45,378 bases of DNA from Thermoanaerobaculia bacterium (GCA_036388835.1 DASVRB010000365.1:1-45378), one strand, 5' to 3'; positions 31,245 through 41,222 are shown, numbered from the stretch's first letter. Translations and numbers: made by a program. Notes: a model not told the origin generated them from the sequence alone.

Positions 31245-32921
31245 ATGGAAGTGAGCGCTGCCGAACCGACTCGTTCGAACGTCATTCGTTACGCCGGAGG
31301 GGTGTCGCTGGCGACGATCCTGATCGTCGGGCTGTGGCCGGGACTCGTGCCGAAGCTGTTCGGTACCGGCAAATTCCTACCGCACTCGTTCTGCTATCTC
31401 CGCGATCCGGCGCTGGTCTGGACGCACGCTGCCACCGACATGCTGATCGGCCTCTCGTACGTCGCCATCTCGGCGATGCTCACGCTGCTCGTGCACCGCG
31501 CGCGGCGCGACATTCCGTTCAGTTGGATCTTTCTCGCCTTCGGTCTCTTCATCGTCGCGTGCGGCGCGACGCATTTCATGGAAGTGCTGGTGCTGTGGAA
31601 GGCGGCGTACTGGCTTTCCGGCGCGGTGAAGATCGTGACCGCGGTCGCGTCGGTGGCGACCGCGCTCGTGCTGCCGCCGCTGATCCCGAAAGCGGTGGTG
31701 CTGGTGCGCGAGGCGAAAAAGTCGGAGCAGCGGCGCATCGAGTTGCAGGAGCGGCTCGAAGCGCTGGAAGCGGAGCGTGCGGCGCGCGCGGAAGCGGAGG
31801 AGGCAAATCGCGCGAAAGACGCGTTCCTCGCCACGATCTCGCACGAGCTGCGCACGCCGATGACGTCGATCCTCGGATGGTCGTCGATGCTGCGCGGCGG
31901 CTCACTCGACGACGAGACCGCGCGCACCGGCGTGCTCGCGATCGAGCAGAGCGCGCGCGCGCAGGCGCAACTCATCGACGATCTGCTCGACGTCTCGCGC
32001 ATCGTCGCCGGGAAGCTCGCGCTGGAGTTGCGGCGCTCCGATCTGGCCGACGTGGTCCGTTCGGCCGTCAACACCGTCGCGCTCGCGGCAGAGACGAAAG
32101 AGGTGCGCATCGAAGTGGTCCTGCCGCCGTCGCCGGTGACGCTGGTCGCCGATGCGGCGCGGCTGCATCAGGTGGTCACGAACCTGCTGTCGAACGCGGT
32201 GAAATTCACGCCGGCGCAAGGCACGGTGCGCATCGAGCTGCAGCGCGAGGACGGCGACGGCGTGCTCAGTGTCACCGACACCGGCATCGGCATCGATCCG
32301 CAATTCCTGCCGTTCATCTTCGATCGCTTCACGCAGGCCGATACGTCATCGACGCGCGGCTTCGGCGGACTCGGGCTCGGCCTCGCCATCGTGCGGCATC
32401 TCGTCGAATTGCACGGCGGCTCGGTGCGCGCCGAGAGCGCCGGCAGCGGGCAGGGGAGCACGTTCACCGTTCGCCTGCCGCTCGTCGCGTCGATCGCGGA
32501 GACGAGCGGGCTCGCGCACGATTCGGCCGCCACGGTCAGCCTGCGCGGCATGCACCTGCTGCTGGTCGAAGACGAGCCGCTCGCGCGCGAGATGATGATG
32601 GTCGTGCTGACGCAATACGGTGCCGATGTGCGTGCGGCCGGCTCCGTGCGCGATGCGATGCGGCTGCTCGATGCCGCAACGCCGGACGTGATCATCACGG
32701 ACATCGCGATGCCGGAGGAGGACGGCTTTTCATTTCTCAAAAGGCTGCACCTCCGCGATGCGGAGCGCGGAAAAAAGACGCCGGTGATCGCGGTCTCGGC
32801 GTTGACGCGCGCCGACGAACGGACGCGGATCATGCTGGCCGGATTCGACGATTACCTGCAGAAACCGGTGCAGCCGGCGCGTCTCGCGGAAGCGATCGCG
32901 CGGAAGTTGCAACGCACCTGA
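31245..32921 (+). CDS. Hybrid sensor histidine kinase with ETR1-like (ethylene-binding-type) N-terminal transmembrane domain
   Basis: Three TM helices with TDMLIGLSYVAIS, FIVACGATHFMEV and KIVTAVASVATAL. Coiled coil; HisKA (FLATISHELRTPMTSILGW); HATPase_c (DTGIGI, GGLGLGLAIV); C-terminal receiver (LLLVEDEP...ITDIAMPEEDG...KP). Start at ATG 31245 or GTG 31251; the upstream track extension overlaps hisZ/hisL. Confidence 0.88.
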   Translation: MEVSAAEPTRSNVIRYAGGVSLATILIVGLWPGLVPKLFGTGKFLPHSFCYLRDPALVWTHAATDMLIGLSYVAISAMLTLLVHRARRDIPFSWIFLAFGLFIVACGATHFMEVLVLWKAAYWLSGAVKIVTAVASVATALVLPPLIPKAVVLVREAKKSEQRRIELQERLEALEAERAARAEAEEANRAKDAFLATISHELRTPMTSILGWSSMLRGGSLDDETARTGVLAIEQSARAQAQLIDDLLDVSRIVAGKLALELRRSDLADVVRSAVNTVALAAETKEVRIEVVLPPSPVTLVADAARLHQVVTNLLSNAVKFTPAQGTVRIELQREDGDGVLSVTDTGIGIDPQFLPFIFDRFTQADTSSTRGFGGLGLGLAIVRHLVELHGGSVRAESAGSGQGSTFTVRLPLVASIAETSGLAHDSAATVSLRGMHLLLVEDEPLAREMMMVVLTQYGADVRAAGSVRDAMRLLDAATPDVIITDIAMPEEDGFSFLKRLHLRDAERGKKTPVIAVSALTRADERTRIMLAGFDDYLQKPVQPARLAEAIARKLQRT

Positions 32922-32924
32922 TCG

Positions 32925-34787
32925 ATGTGCGGAATCGCCGGAATCTGGCAGTTCGGCGGCGGCGCGGACGAGGAATTGCGCGCGCAGACGGCCGCGATGA
33001 GCGGCGCGCTGCGGCATCGCGGCCCTGACGATGACGGGATCTGGTGCGACGAGCGCGCCGGCCTCGCGCTCGGTTTCCGCAGACTGGCAATCCTCGACCT
33101 GACGCCGACCGGCGCGCAGCCGATGACGTCGGCGAGCGGGCGTTACGTGATCGTCTTCAACGGCGAGATCTACAACTTCCGCCGCCTCATCGACGACCTC
33201 GGCGCGACGAGTCTGCGCGGCAGCTCGGACACGGAGGTGCTGCTCGCGTGCGTCGAAGCGTGGGGACTCGAGCGCGCGGTGACGCGGTTCATCGGCATGT
33301 TCGCGTTCGCGTTGTGGGATCACGTCGAGCGGCGGCTGTCGCTCGTGCGCGACCGCGTCGGCGTGAAGCCGCTCTACTACTCGCTGTCGCCCGGCGGGCT
33401 CGCATTCGCCTCGGAATTGAAAGCGCTCGGCGGCCGCGAGATCGATCGCGCCGCGCTCGCGCTGTACGTCCGCTATGGCTACGTGCCGGCGCCGCATTCG
33501 ATCTTTCGCGGCACGCGCAAGCTGATGCCGGCAACGATCCTCACGATCGACGCGGATGGTGCGACGAGCACACACGCGTACTGGGACGCCGCACGCGTCG
33601 CGGAACAGGCGCATGCGAATCCGTTTCGCGGGTCGGAAGACGAGGCGTTGGACGCGGTGGAAACGCTGCTCGACGATGCGGTGCGGCTGCGGATGATCGC
33701 GGACGTGCCGCTCGGCGTTTTTCTTTCCGGCGGTATCGATTCGCCGCTCGTCACCGCGCTGATGCAGCGCGCGGCCGGTGCGGTGTCGACGTTCACGATC
33801 GGCTTCGAAGGTCTGCCGAACGAAGCGCCGCAAGCGGCGGCGATCGCACGTCACCTCGGCACGCGGCACACCGAAGCGATCATCGGCGGGCGCGATGTGC
33901 TCGATGCGATTCCGCTCATGGCTTCGATTTACGACGAGCCGTTCGGCGACTCGTCGGCAATTCCGACGTACCTCGTCTCGCGCGTGGCGCGTCAGCAGGT
34001 GACGGTCGCGCTGTCGGGCGACGGCGGCGACGAGTTGTTCGGCGGCTACCATCGCTACTTCCTCGGCCAGCGTCTCGATGCGCGAGTCGCACGCGTGCCG
34101 CGGCCGTTGCGCGCGCCGCTCGGACGCACGTTGCAGCGCACCGCGCCGCTCGCACGCAAGCAGAACCTGCGCGATCGCATGCACGGCCTCGGACGCGCGC
34201 TGCTGCTCGACGATCCGATCGCGCGATTTCAGCAGGAAGTCGCGAGCGACGTGCTCGCGGTGCGCGACGCCGAACCGCAGCTCGTGCCGCTCACCGATCG
34301 CGCCACGTGGCCGCGCCTCGGCGATCCGACCGAGCTGGCGATGTACCTCGACGCGATCAGCTACCTGCCGGACGACGTCCTCGCGAAAGTCGATCGCGCC
34401 AGCATGGCCGTCAGCCTCGAAGCGCGCGAGCCGCTGCTCGATCATCGTCTGATCGAGCTCGCCTGGTCGCTGCCGTTGTCGATGAAGACGCGCGACATGC
34501 GCGGCAAATGGATCCTGCGTCGATTGCTCGCGAAGTACCTGCCGGCGGCGCTCATCGATCAGCGCAAGCAGGGATTCGGCTTGCCGATTGACGCGTGGCT
34601 GCGCGGGCCGCTGCGCGAATGGGCCGCGTCGCTCGTCGATGAACGGCGCATCGCGCGTGAAGGGTGGTTCGACGTTGCGAGCGTGCGCCGCGTCTGGAAC
34701 GACGGCCCGGTCGCGGGGGCGGAGCAGGAGCTCTGGCGGCTGCTGATGTTCGAGCAGTGGAACGAGCGGCGAGTCGCGTCGAAATGA
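32925..34787 (+). CDS. asnB: Asparagine synthase (glutamine-hydrolysing)
   Basis: MCGIAGIW (N-terminal nucleophile Cys), RGPDD, FNGEIYN, SGGIDS PP-loop; 620 aa. Starts 3 nt after the kinase stop. Confidence 0.93.
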   Translation: MCGIAGIWQFGGGADEELRAQTAAMSGALRHRGPDDDGIWCDERAGLALGFRRLAILDLTPTGAQPMTSASGRYVIVFNGEIYNFRRLIDDLGATSLRGSSDTEVLLACVEAWGLERAVTRFIGMFAFALWDHVERRLSLVRDRVGVKPLYYSLSPGGLAFASELKALGGREIDRAALALYVRYGYVPAPHSIFRGTRKLMPATILTIDADGATSTHAYWDAARVAEQAHANPFRGSEDEALDAVETLLDDAVRLRMIADVPLGVFLSGGIDSPLVTALMQRAAGAVSTFTIGFEGLPNEAPQAAAIARHLGTRHTEAIIGGRDVLDAIPLMASIYDEPFGDSSAIPTYLVSRVARQQVTVALSGDGGDELFGGYHRYFLGQRLDARVARVPRPLRAPLGRTLQRTAPLARKQNLRDRMHGLGRALLLDDPIARFQQEVASDVLAVRDAEPQLVPLTDRATWPRLGDPTELAMYLDAISYLPDDVLAKVDRASMAVSLEAREPLLDHRLIELAWSLPLSMKTRDMRGKWILRRLLAKYLPAALIDQRKQGFGLPIDAWLRGPLREWAASLVDERRIAREGWFDVASVRRVWNDGPVAGAEQELWRLLMFEQWNERRVASK

Positions 34788-34824
34788 AAAAGCGTGCGGC
34801 GCATCGACGCGCCGCACGCTGTCA
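34787..34824. terminator. Bidirectional hairpin terminator between asnB and the convergent gene
   Basis: AGCGTGCGGCGC (34791-34802), ATCGAC loop, GCGCCGCACGCT (34809-34820): a perfect 12-bp stem flanked by AAAA and GTCATT. Confidence 0.7.
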
Positions 34825-34828
34825 TTGA

Positions 34829-35905
34829 CTAGCGGTACTGCATCGGGATGACGAGGATCGCGGACGACGTGCCGCTCGTCGCGCGCACGCGGATCTCGCC
34901 GGTCTTCTCACGCACGTTGCCACCCGCTGCGACGCGCAGCGTTCCCTGATCGTCGAGCAGGTCGGCGTCGACGTTCGGCGCGGAGAGCACTTCGAACTGC
35001 ACGGCCTCACCGAACTCGCCGCTGGCAACGAGGCGGAAGTAGCTCGGGAAGAGCGACTTCGTCATCGTCACCGGCGCGTCGAGCACGCCGTCGCCATTCG
35101 CGTCTGCGATGTCGACGGTGCCGTTCTCATCGAGATCGACTCCTGCGAACTGGATCGCGATGTCCTCACGCGTGCGGATGCCGGGGACGAAGCCGGGGTC
35201 GCCGGTCGCGTTGATGACGCTGCCGTAGAAGATCGCGCGTCCGCTGAGCACGCGCGCGTGGATGGTGTCGTTGTCGGCGGATTGTGCGCCGAGGAGAAGC
35301 TGCGTGCCGCCGTTGTGCTGCACGTGCCGGCCAGCGCCGTACGACAGGTCTTTCGTGGCAGCGATCGTGCCGTTGGCTCGGACGAGCTCCCAGCGCACGT
35401 TCGTCGCTTCGATCGCGTAAACGCCGAAGTTGAAGCGGCTCGTCGCAGCGTCGGACGCCGCGGGAAGTGCAGTGACGTCGCCGGCGACGCTGGCGGCAGC
35501 TATGTTGATGGCCGGGATGTCCTGACCGAACACGCCGTCGGGTGTGGTGTTGAACGTGCGCGAGGTGACGGCGAGCGACTTCGCGTCGCGATCGGCGACG
35601 TCGATGACCAGCGCACCGGCCCCGCTGGTGAGGCCGAACTTCGTCCGCGCGACGTCTTCGATGGAGAGCGTTTCGCGCGGCTGCAACGTGAGAGTGACAG
35701 GGCCGATGATCGTTGTGTGCTGGTGCAGCATGAGCGTGAGCGTGACGACGCGCGGAGCGACGCTGTGCAGCGTGAGCTCGCTCTGCCACTGACTGTTGTT
35801 TGCGCCGGCGCCGGTGCCGACTGCCGGCACGACGAGCGATGCTGCCTGCGCTGCGAGCGGCATCATCGAAATGGCCGCGGCGGTGATGAGATGACGGAAC
35901 TTCAT
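34829..35905 (-). CDS. Secreted hypothetical protein with Asp-rich calcium-binding-like loops
   Basis: Signal peptide MKFRHLITAAAISMMPLAAQA. Beta-rich sequence; DLDENGTVDIADANGDGVLD near the C-terminal third. No family recognised. Confidence 0.6.
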   Translation of the reverse strand: MKFRHLITAAAISMMPLAAQAASLVVPAVGTGAGANNSQWQSELTLHSVAPRVVTLTLMLHQHTTIIGPVTLTLQPRETLSIEDVARTKFGLTSGAGALVIDVADRDAKSLAVTSRTFNTTPDGVFGQDIPAINIAAASVAGDVTALPAASDAATSRFNFGVYAIEATNVRWELVRANGTIAATKDLSYGAGRHVQHNGGTQLLLGAQSADNDTIHARVLSGRAIFYGSVINATGDPGFVPGIRTREDIAIQFAGVDLDENGTVDIADANGDGVLDAPVTMTKSLFPSYFRLVASGEFGEAVQFEVLSAPNVDADLLDDQGTLRVAAGGNVREKTGEIRVRATSGTSSAILVIPMQYR

Positions 35906-36078
35906 GGGGAACTGCCTCCTTTAGGTCGACTGCGTTTCGTGCAAGTAGTACGGAGGCTTCGGCAGGAATGTCTAACGATAAAGTGTGCCGAAAAGTTGTG
36001 CTGGAAACAGTGATGATGCGGCGTCAGTGATACGCGCCGGGACTGACGAACGTCTATTGACGTAGACTCCGCGCCGCT

Positions 36079-37203
36079 ATGCCGATACCGCTACTGGACC
36101 TCAAACAGCAGTACGCCACGATCCGCGAAGAGGCGCTCCGCGTCACCGCCGAGATCTACGAATCGCAGCTCTTCATCCTCGGGGAACGCGTCGAAGAATT
36201 CGAGCGCGATTTCGCCGCCTATTGCCAGACCAAACATGCACTCGGCGTCTCCTCCGGCACCGACGCGCTGCTCGAAGCGCTGATGGTGCTGAACATCGGC
36301 CCGGGCGATGAAGTGATCGTGCCGGCCTACTCGTTCTTTGCAACGGCCGGCGTCGTGGCGCGGCTCGGCGCAACGCCGGTCTTCGTCGACATCGACCTCG
36401 CCGACTACAACATCGACCCGCGGCAGATCGAGCCGCGCATCACGCCGCGCACGAAAGCGATCATGCCGGTGCACCTGTACGGCCAGTGCGCGCCGATGGA
36501 CGAGATCATGGCCATCGCCGCGAAGCACGACATTCCGGTGATCGAAGACGCGGCGCAGGCGGTCGGCTGTGATTACAACGGACGGCGCGCCGGCTCGATC
36601 GGGATGATGGGCGCGTTCTCGTTCTTCCCGTCGAAGAACCTCGGCGCGTTCGGCGATGCGGGGGCGATCACTGCGAACGACGACGAGCTCGCGCAGAGGC
36701 TGATCGACTTCCGCGTGCACGGCATGCGGCCGAAGTACTTTCATCATTACGTGGGCGGCAACTTCCGCATTGATGCACTGCAGGCGGCGATGCTCCACAT
36801 CAAACTGCCGCTGCTCGAGGGGTGGCACGAAGGACGCCGGCGCAACGCCGCGATCTATCGCCGCGAATTCGAGAGCGCCGGCACCGGCGAGCGAGTCGTG
36901 CTGCCGGAAGAGCTGCCGGGCCGCCGCCACATTTACAACCAGTACATCGTTCGGTTCACCGAGGGGCGGGAGACGCGCGACCGGGTCATGGAGCACCTCA
37001 AGAGCGTGCAGATCGGTTGCGAGGTTTACTACCCGCTGACTCTGCCGCAGCAGACGTGCTTCAAAGACGTACCGGGCGCGCAGGACCGCTATCCGAACTC
37101 AGAGACCGCATCGGAGCAGACGCTGGCCATTCCGGTGTATCCGGAGCTGAAAGAGGAGCAGGTGGTGGAAGTGGTGCGGGAGATCGCAAACGCGCTCGGC
37201 TAG
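36079..37203 (+). CDS. DegT/DnrJ/EryC1/StrS-family sugar aminotransferase
   Basis: PLLDLKQQY...FE..FA.YC..KHALGVSSGTDAL...FFPSKNLGAFGDAGA (PLP Lys)...YYPLTLPQQ; 374 aa. Confidence 0.9.
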   Translation: MPIPLLDLKQQYATIREEALRVTAEIYESQLFILGERVEEFERDFAAYCQTKHALGVSSGTDALLEALMVLNIGPGDEVIVPAYSFFATAGVVARLGATPVFVDIDLADYNIDPRQIEPRITPRTKAIMPVHLYGQCAPMDEIMAIAAKHDIPVIEDAAQAVGCDYNGRRAGSIGMMGAFSFFPSKNLGAFGDAGAITANDDELAQRLIDFRVHGMRPKYFHHYVGGNFRIDALQAAMLHIKLPLLEGWHEGRRRNAAIYRREFESAGTGERVVLPEELPGRRHIYNQYIVRFTEGRETRDRVMEHLKSVQIGCEVYYPLTLPQQTCFKDVPGAQDRYPNSETASEQTLAIPVYPELKEEQVVEVVREIANALG

Positions 37204-37221
37204 TCGACACGCATCGAAAAA

Positions 37222-37917
37222 ATGATCCCTCTTCGCCACACGCTCGAGCGGCACGGCCCGTCGCTGCTGAATCGCTCGCTCGTGGCGGCGAACGTGATCA
37301 TGTTCATCGCGCAATTGACGATGGGGCGGATGACCGAGCAGGTCATCCACACATTCGGCTACATCCCGGCGCGCCTGCACGAGCCGGGTGCGTTCAATTA
37401 CGCGCCGTGGGAAGTGGGGATCACGCTGGTCACGTCGCTGTTCCTGCACGGCGGCTTCGTCCATCTGATCGGCAATCTCATTTATCTCTGGGTCTTCGGC
37501 GGTGCGATTGAAGACGTGATGGGGCCGGTGCGCTTCTTCTTCTTTTATGTCGCGTGCGGCGCGGCGGGGAGCCTGGCACACACGGTCGTCTTCCCGACGT
37601 CGAACATCCCGTCGATCGGCGCGTCCGGCAGCATCGCCGGACTCCTTGGCGCGTTCCTCGTGCTGCGGCCGCACGCGCGGATCGTCACGCTTTTTCCGCT
37701 GGTCGTTTACTGGGCGATGGCGGAGATTCCGGCGCTGCTGTTTCTGCCGATCTGGTTCGGGATGCAGTTCTTCAACGGCTTCCTCTCGCTCGAAGCGGCG
37801 CGGCGCACGCAGGAAGTGGCGGGCATCGCATGGTGGGCGCACGTCGGCGGGTTCGTGTTCGGTGCGGTGGTCGCGATGCTGTTCCGCATCTTCGCGGCGA
37901 AGCGCGTCAACCGCTGA
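37222..37917 (+). CDS. Rhomboid-family intramembrane serine protease
   Basis: HGGFVHLIGNLIYLWVFG, GASGSIAGLLGA (catalytic Ser), AHVGGFVFG (catalytic His); six TM segments. Confidence 0.88.
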   Translation: MIPLRHTLERHGPSLLNRSLVAANVIMFIAQLTMGRMTEQVIHTFGYIPARLHEPGAFNYAPWEVGITLVTSLFLHGGFVHLIGNLIYLWVFGGAIEDVMGPVRFFFFYVACGAAGSLAHTVVFPTSNIPSIGASGSIAGLLGAFLVLRPHARIVTLFPLVVYWAMAEIPALLFLPIWFGMQFFNGFLSLEAARRTQEVAGIAWWAHVGGFVFGAVVAMLFRIFAAKRVNR

Positions 37918-37931
37918 TCGTCACCCGCTGA

Positions 37932-38885
37932 TCAACGCTCGAGCGTGCCGCCGTCGCGGCGCGCGCGGTACTCCTCGATCATCAGCTCCACGCCGCGCTC
38001 GAGCGGAATCGAGGGAGTGAATCCGAGGGAGGCGAGACGCGACACGTCGAGCAGCTTGCGCGGAGTGCCGTCCGGCATCGACGTATCCCAAACGAGCTCG
38101 CCGCGGAAGCCCGCTTTCGATGCGATCAGCTCCGCGAGCTCGCGGATCGAGCAGTCGGTGCCGGAGCCGACGTTCACGATCTCCGGTGAGTCCCACTGTT
38201 CGGCGAGCAGCACCACCGCGCGCGCGAGGTCGTCGACGTGGAGGAACTCGCGGAGCGGCGTGCCGGTGCCCCACACCGTGACCTGCGACTGGCCGCCATC
38301 GACGGCATCGACGAACTTGCGCACGAGCGCCGAGAGCACGTGCGACGAGCGGAGATCGAAGCTGTCGTTGGTCCCGTACAGATTGCACGGCATGACGCTG
38401 AGGACGGAGAGCCCGTGCTGCGCGTGATACGCCTGGGCCATGCGAATGCCGGCGATTTTCGCGATCGCGTACGCCTCGTTGCTCGGCTCGAGCGGTCCGG
38501 TGAGGAGGTACTCCTCACGGATCGGCTGCGGACAGTCGCGTGGATAAATGCACGAACTGCCGAGGAAGATGAAGCGTTTCGTGCCGTTGCGCCAGGCGAC
38601 GTCGATGACGTTGTTCTGAATGGCGAGGTTGTCGAAGATGAAATCGGCGGGGGCGCGGCGGTTCGCCTCGATGCCTCCCACGCGCGCGGCGGCGAGGAAC
38701 ACGGCCTCCGGTTTCTCGCGCTCGAAGAACCGTTCGACCTGCGTGCGATCGCGGAGATCGACCTCGCCGCGCGGCGCCGTGATGATGTTTTCGTAGCCGG
38801 CCGCGGTGAGCGTCCGCACGAGCGCGCTGCCGGCCATCCCGCGATGACCGGCAACGAAGATGCGTTGATTTTTTTCGAGCAGCAC
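37932..38885 (-). CDS. fcl: GDP-L-fucose synthase
   Basis: RIFVAGHRGMAGSAL, NLAIQNNVI, FLGSSCIYP, YAIAKIAG, NLYGTND, VWGTGTPLREFLHVDD; 317 aa. Confidence 0.92.
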   Translation of the reverse strand: MLLEKNQRIFVAGHRGMAGSALVRTLTAAGYENIITAPRGEVDLRDRTQVERFFEREKPEAVFLAAARVGGIEANRRAPADFIFDNLAIQNNVIDVAWRNGTKRFIFLGSSCIYPRDCPQPIREEYLLTGPLEPSNEAYAIAKIAGIRMAQAYHAQHGLSVLSVMPCNLYGTNDSFDLRSSHVLSALVRKFVDAVDGGQSQVTVWGTGTPLREFLHVDDLARAVVLLAEQWDSPEIVNVGSGTDCSIRELAELIASKAGFRGELVWDTSMPDGTPRKLLDVSRLASLGFTPSIPLERGVELMIEEYRARRDGGTLER

Positions 38886-38894
38886 GACGCGTGC

Positions 38895-40499
38895 TTACGC
38901 CGCGCCTTCCATGCGCGAAGCGGGGCCGGTTGAGTCGATCGAAGCGATCTCCTCGCGCTCTTCCTGACGGACGCGCGCATGCAGCAGCACGCCGAGGAGA
39001 ATCACCGGGATCGCGATCAGGAAGAGCGCGAAACCCCAGAGAAGAATGCGCGACGGGCGGATGCTCCGCTCCACGCGCGTGACCGGAGGGCCGGCCAGCG
39101 TGAACAACTGCGTCGACGGATTCAGGTTCCGCGAGACCGCGGCGTAGATCTCGTTGACCTTCATCACGAGCTGCCGAACCTCGGTGCGCGTGGCTTCGAG
39201 CTGCTGACGCACCGTCACGGCGTTCGCGGTGCCGCCGCCACCGGCCGGCCCCCGCATCTGTTCGATGAGCTGGCGGTCATACGCCACCGCCTGTTCGGCC
39301 GGGATGATTGCCAGCGAATAGTCGCGGTACTGATTCACCATCCGCTGCCGGAAATCGGTGTCGGCCGACTGGCTGGCGAGTGCGACGACGCGATCGAGGA
39401 ACGAGTCGCTCAGTTGCGGCATCACCGTGTCGCCGCGCGGTCCGGTCGGCGGCGCTCCGTCGGTCAGCACCCGCTCGGGCGTGATCTGCGTCGAATCACC
39501 CGAGTAGACCGCCAGCGACTGGCGAACCGCTTCGGCGCGGTACTGCAGCGCGCGCAGCTCGCGCTCGTCGTAGGCGAGCTGGGCCTCGAGGAAACGCATC
39601 GTGCCGGCAGGATCGGTGATGAGGCCACTCGAGCGAACGAGCGGCACCAGCGGCTCGAGCCGGAACCTCAGAATCTCCTCGAACCGGACGTTGAGGTCGG
39701 CCAGCGAAAGGCGGTCCTCGGTGCGGGCGAGATCGGCCGCCGGGAGCTGCCCGATCTCCTGAATGTTCGCCATGACCCGCGAAACCTTCGATCGGAGGAT
39801 CTGCACCCCCGCGACGAGGTCGGTTTCCTCGAGCGGCGTCGGCGCGAGCAGAGTCGGGGAGAGGACGAAGACGCGATACGACAGCACGTGCTGTTCGTTC
39901 GCAGCAAAGTTCGCCCAGTTCGTCAGGATGTCGGACAACGCTTTGCTGATCAGCTTCTCCGGGATCTTCCTCGTGCCTGAGGTCTGCGCGAAATTGATCG
40001 AATACTCGTTCTTGGCGAGGCTCTCCCGCTTCAGCTCGAACTCGCGCTGAATGCGCTCGCGGTCGACCGGAGTCAGCTTCGGGTCCGCCAGACGGGACTG
40101 GTAGGCAGCGGCGAGCTCTTCATAAGCTGTGTTCGCTTCGAGCACGAAAATCGCGCGGCTGAAGTCATTGAAGGCGGCGAAGCGCTGCAGGTCGTTCTGC
40201 TGATAAGTCTTCAGAAGGATCGGCGTATTGATGATCTCGGTAGGGGCGAACTTGTTGCCGTTCGGGTACTTACCGGCGTTGGCGCCGACGAAGTCGACGC
40301 GGAAGCGCTGCGTCGTGACGCGCTGCCCCGGCGTGAGGAGATACGCGAGCACCGCCAGGATGAGGTAGCCGATCAGGACGGCGGCGAGGCTCAGGCCGAT
40401 CAGTGGCAGATAAGAGCGGAGGGTGTGAAAAAAACGGCTGAGCGACACCGGCGCCTCGGCTGCTTCGATCGGTTGATGCTCGTAGTGGTGATCTGCCAT
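38895..40499 (-). CDS. Polysaccharide co-polymerase (Wzz/GumC-like chain-length determinant) candidate
   Basis: N-terminal TM (LIGLSLAAVLIGYLILAVLAYLL), long helical/coiled periplasmic region, C-terminal TM (ILLWGFALFLIAIPVILLGVLL). Lies upstream of fcl. Assigned by topology and context only. Confidence 0.55.
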   Translation of the reverse strand: MADHHYEHQPIEAAEAPVSLSRFFHTLRSYLPLIGLSLAAVLIGYLILAVLAYLLTPGQRVTTQRFRVDFVGANAGKYPNGNKFAPTEIINTPILLKTYQQNDLQRFAAFNDFSRAIFVLEANTAYEELAAAYQSRLADPKLTPVDRERIQREFELKRESLAKNEYSINFAQTSGTRKIPEKLISKALSDILTNWANFAANEQHVLSYRVFVLSPTLLAPTPLEETDLVAGVQILRSKVSRVMANIQEIGQLPAADLARTEDRLSLADLNVRFEEILRFRLEPLVPLVRSSGLITDPAGTMRFLEAQLAYDERELRALQYRAEAVRQSLAVYSGDSTQITPERVLTDGAPPTGPRGDTVMPQLSDSFLDRVVALASQSADTDFRQRMVNQYRDYSLAIIPAEQAVAYDRQLIEQMRGPAGGGGTANAVTVRQQLEATRTEVRQLVMKVNEIYAAVSRNLNPSTQLFTLAGPPVTRVERSIRPSRILLWGFALFLIAIPVILLGVLLHARVRQEEREEIASIDSTGPASRMEGAA

Positions 40500-40613
40500 A
40501 GGTGCTTCAAATATCCTTTCGAGACGGACAGCATCTCAGCGCGTCCGGCATGAGTCAAGCGCCGCCCCGCCGTGAAAATTGCGCGCGCGGCGAGGCGGCC
40601 ATACAGTGTCGCC

Positions 40614-41162
40614 ATGCCTCTGCTGCCGCACGAGACGGAGATCTTCCCGGACGACCTCTTTGCGCTCGACACGGCCGAGCTCCTCTGGACCGTGGCGCAC
40701 GTGAGGAGCCGGCAGGAGAAGGTGCTGGCGCGCTTCCTCCTCGAGCAGCAGGTGCCGTTCTACCTGCCGCAGGTCGAGACCGTCCGGAAGCGCGGCGGCC
40801 GGACGTACCGGTCGCACCTCCCGCTGTTGCCCGGGTACGTTTTCCTCCGGCTCGGGCCGCGGCAGCGCGACCTACCGTGGCGGAGCAACGTCGTGGCGGC
40901 GCTCCTCGACGTGCCCGACCAGGAGCAGCTCGGGAGCGAGCTCGCGCAGATCCGCCAACTGCAGCTCGCCGGCGCCTCGCTTCGTCCGGAGCCGGTGTTC
41001 GCGGCAGGAGACGCGGTCCGGGTGACCGCGGGCGTCTTCGCCGGCTACACCGGAACCGTGGTGCGGCAGCGCGGCGAGACGAGGCTGATCGTGCAGATTT
41101 CGCTGATCAGGCAGGCAGTTGCGGTCGAGTTCGACAGAGACGCCGTCACGCACGGACGCTGA
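40614..41162 (+). CDS. NusG-paralogue transcription antiterminator (RfaH/UpxY/LoaP-like)
   Basis: NGN-like WTVAHVRSRQEKVLARFLLEQQVPFYLPQ...LPLLPGYVFLR and KOW-like GDAVRVTAGVFAGYTGTVV. Start at ATG 40614 or GTG 40572. Confidence 0.75.
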   Translation: MPLLPHETEIFPDDLFALDTAELLWTVAHVRSRQEKVLARFLLEQQVPFYLPQVETVRKRGGRTYRSHLPLLPGYVFLRLGPRQRDLPWRSNVVAALLDVPDQEQLGSELAQIRQLQLAGASLRPEPVFAAGDAVRVTAGVFAGYTGTVVRQRGETRLIVQISLIRQAVAVEFDRDAVTHGR

Positions 41163-41222
41163 CTTGCGGACACCCGCCGCGTGTGTTTCAATCGCCAGCG
41201 TTCAACGGTTGAACGTCCAGGC

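Noticed and set aside
32730-34817. 695-aa minus-strand ORF and 564-aa/515-aa plus-strand shifted ORFs over the kinase and asnB
   Set aside because: The sequences are Arg-rich nonsense. asnB (MCGIAGIW..., SGGIDS) and the kinase motifs clearly define the true frames.
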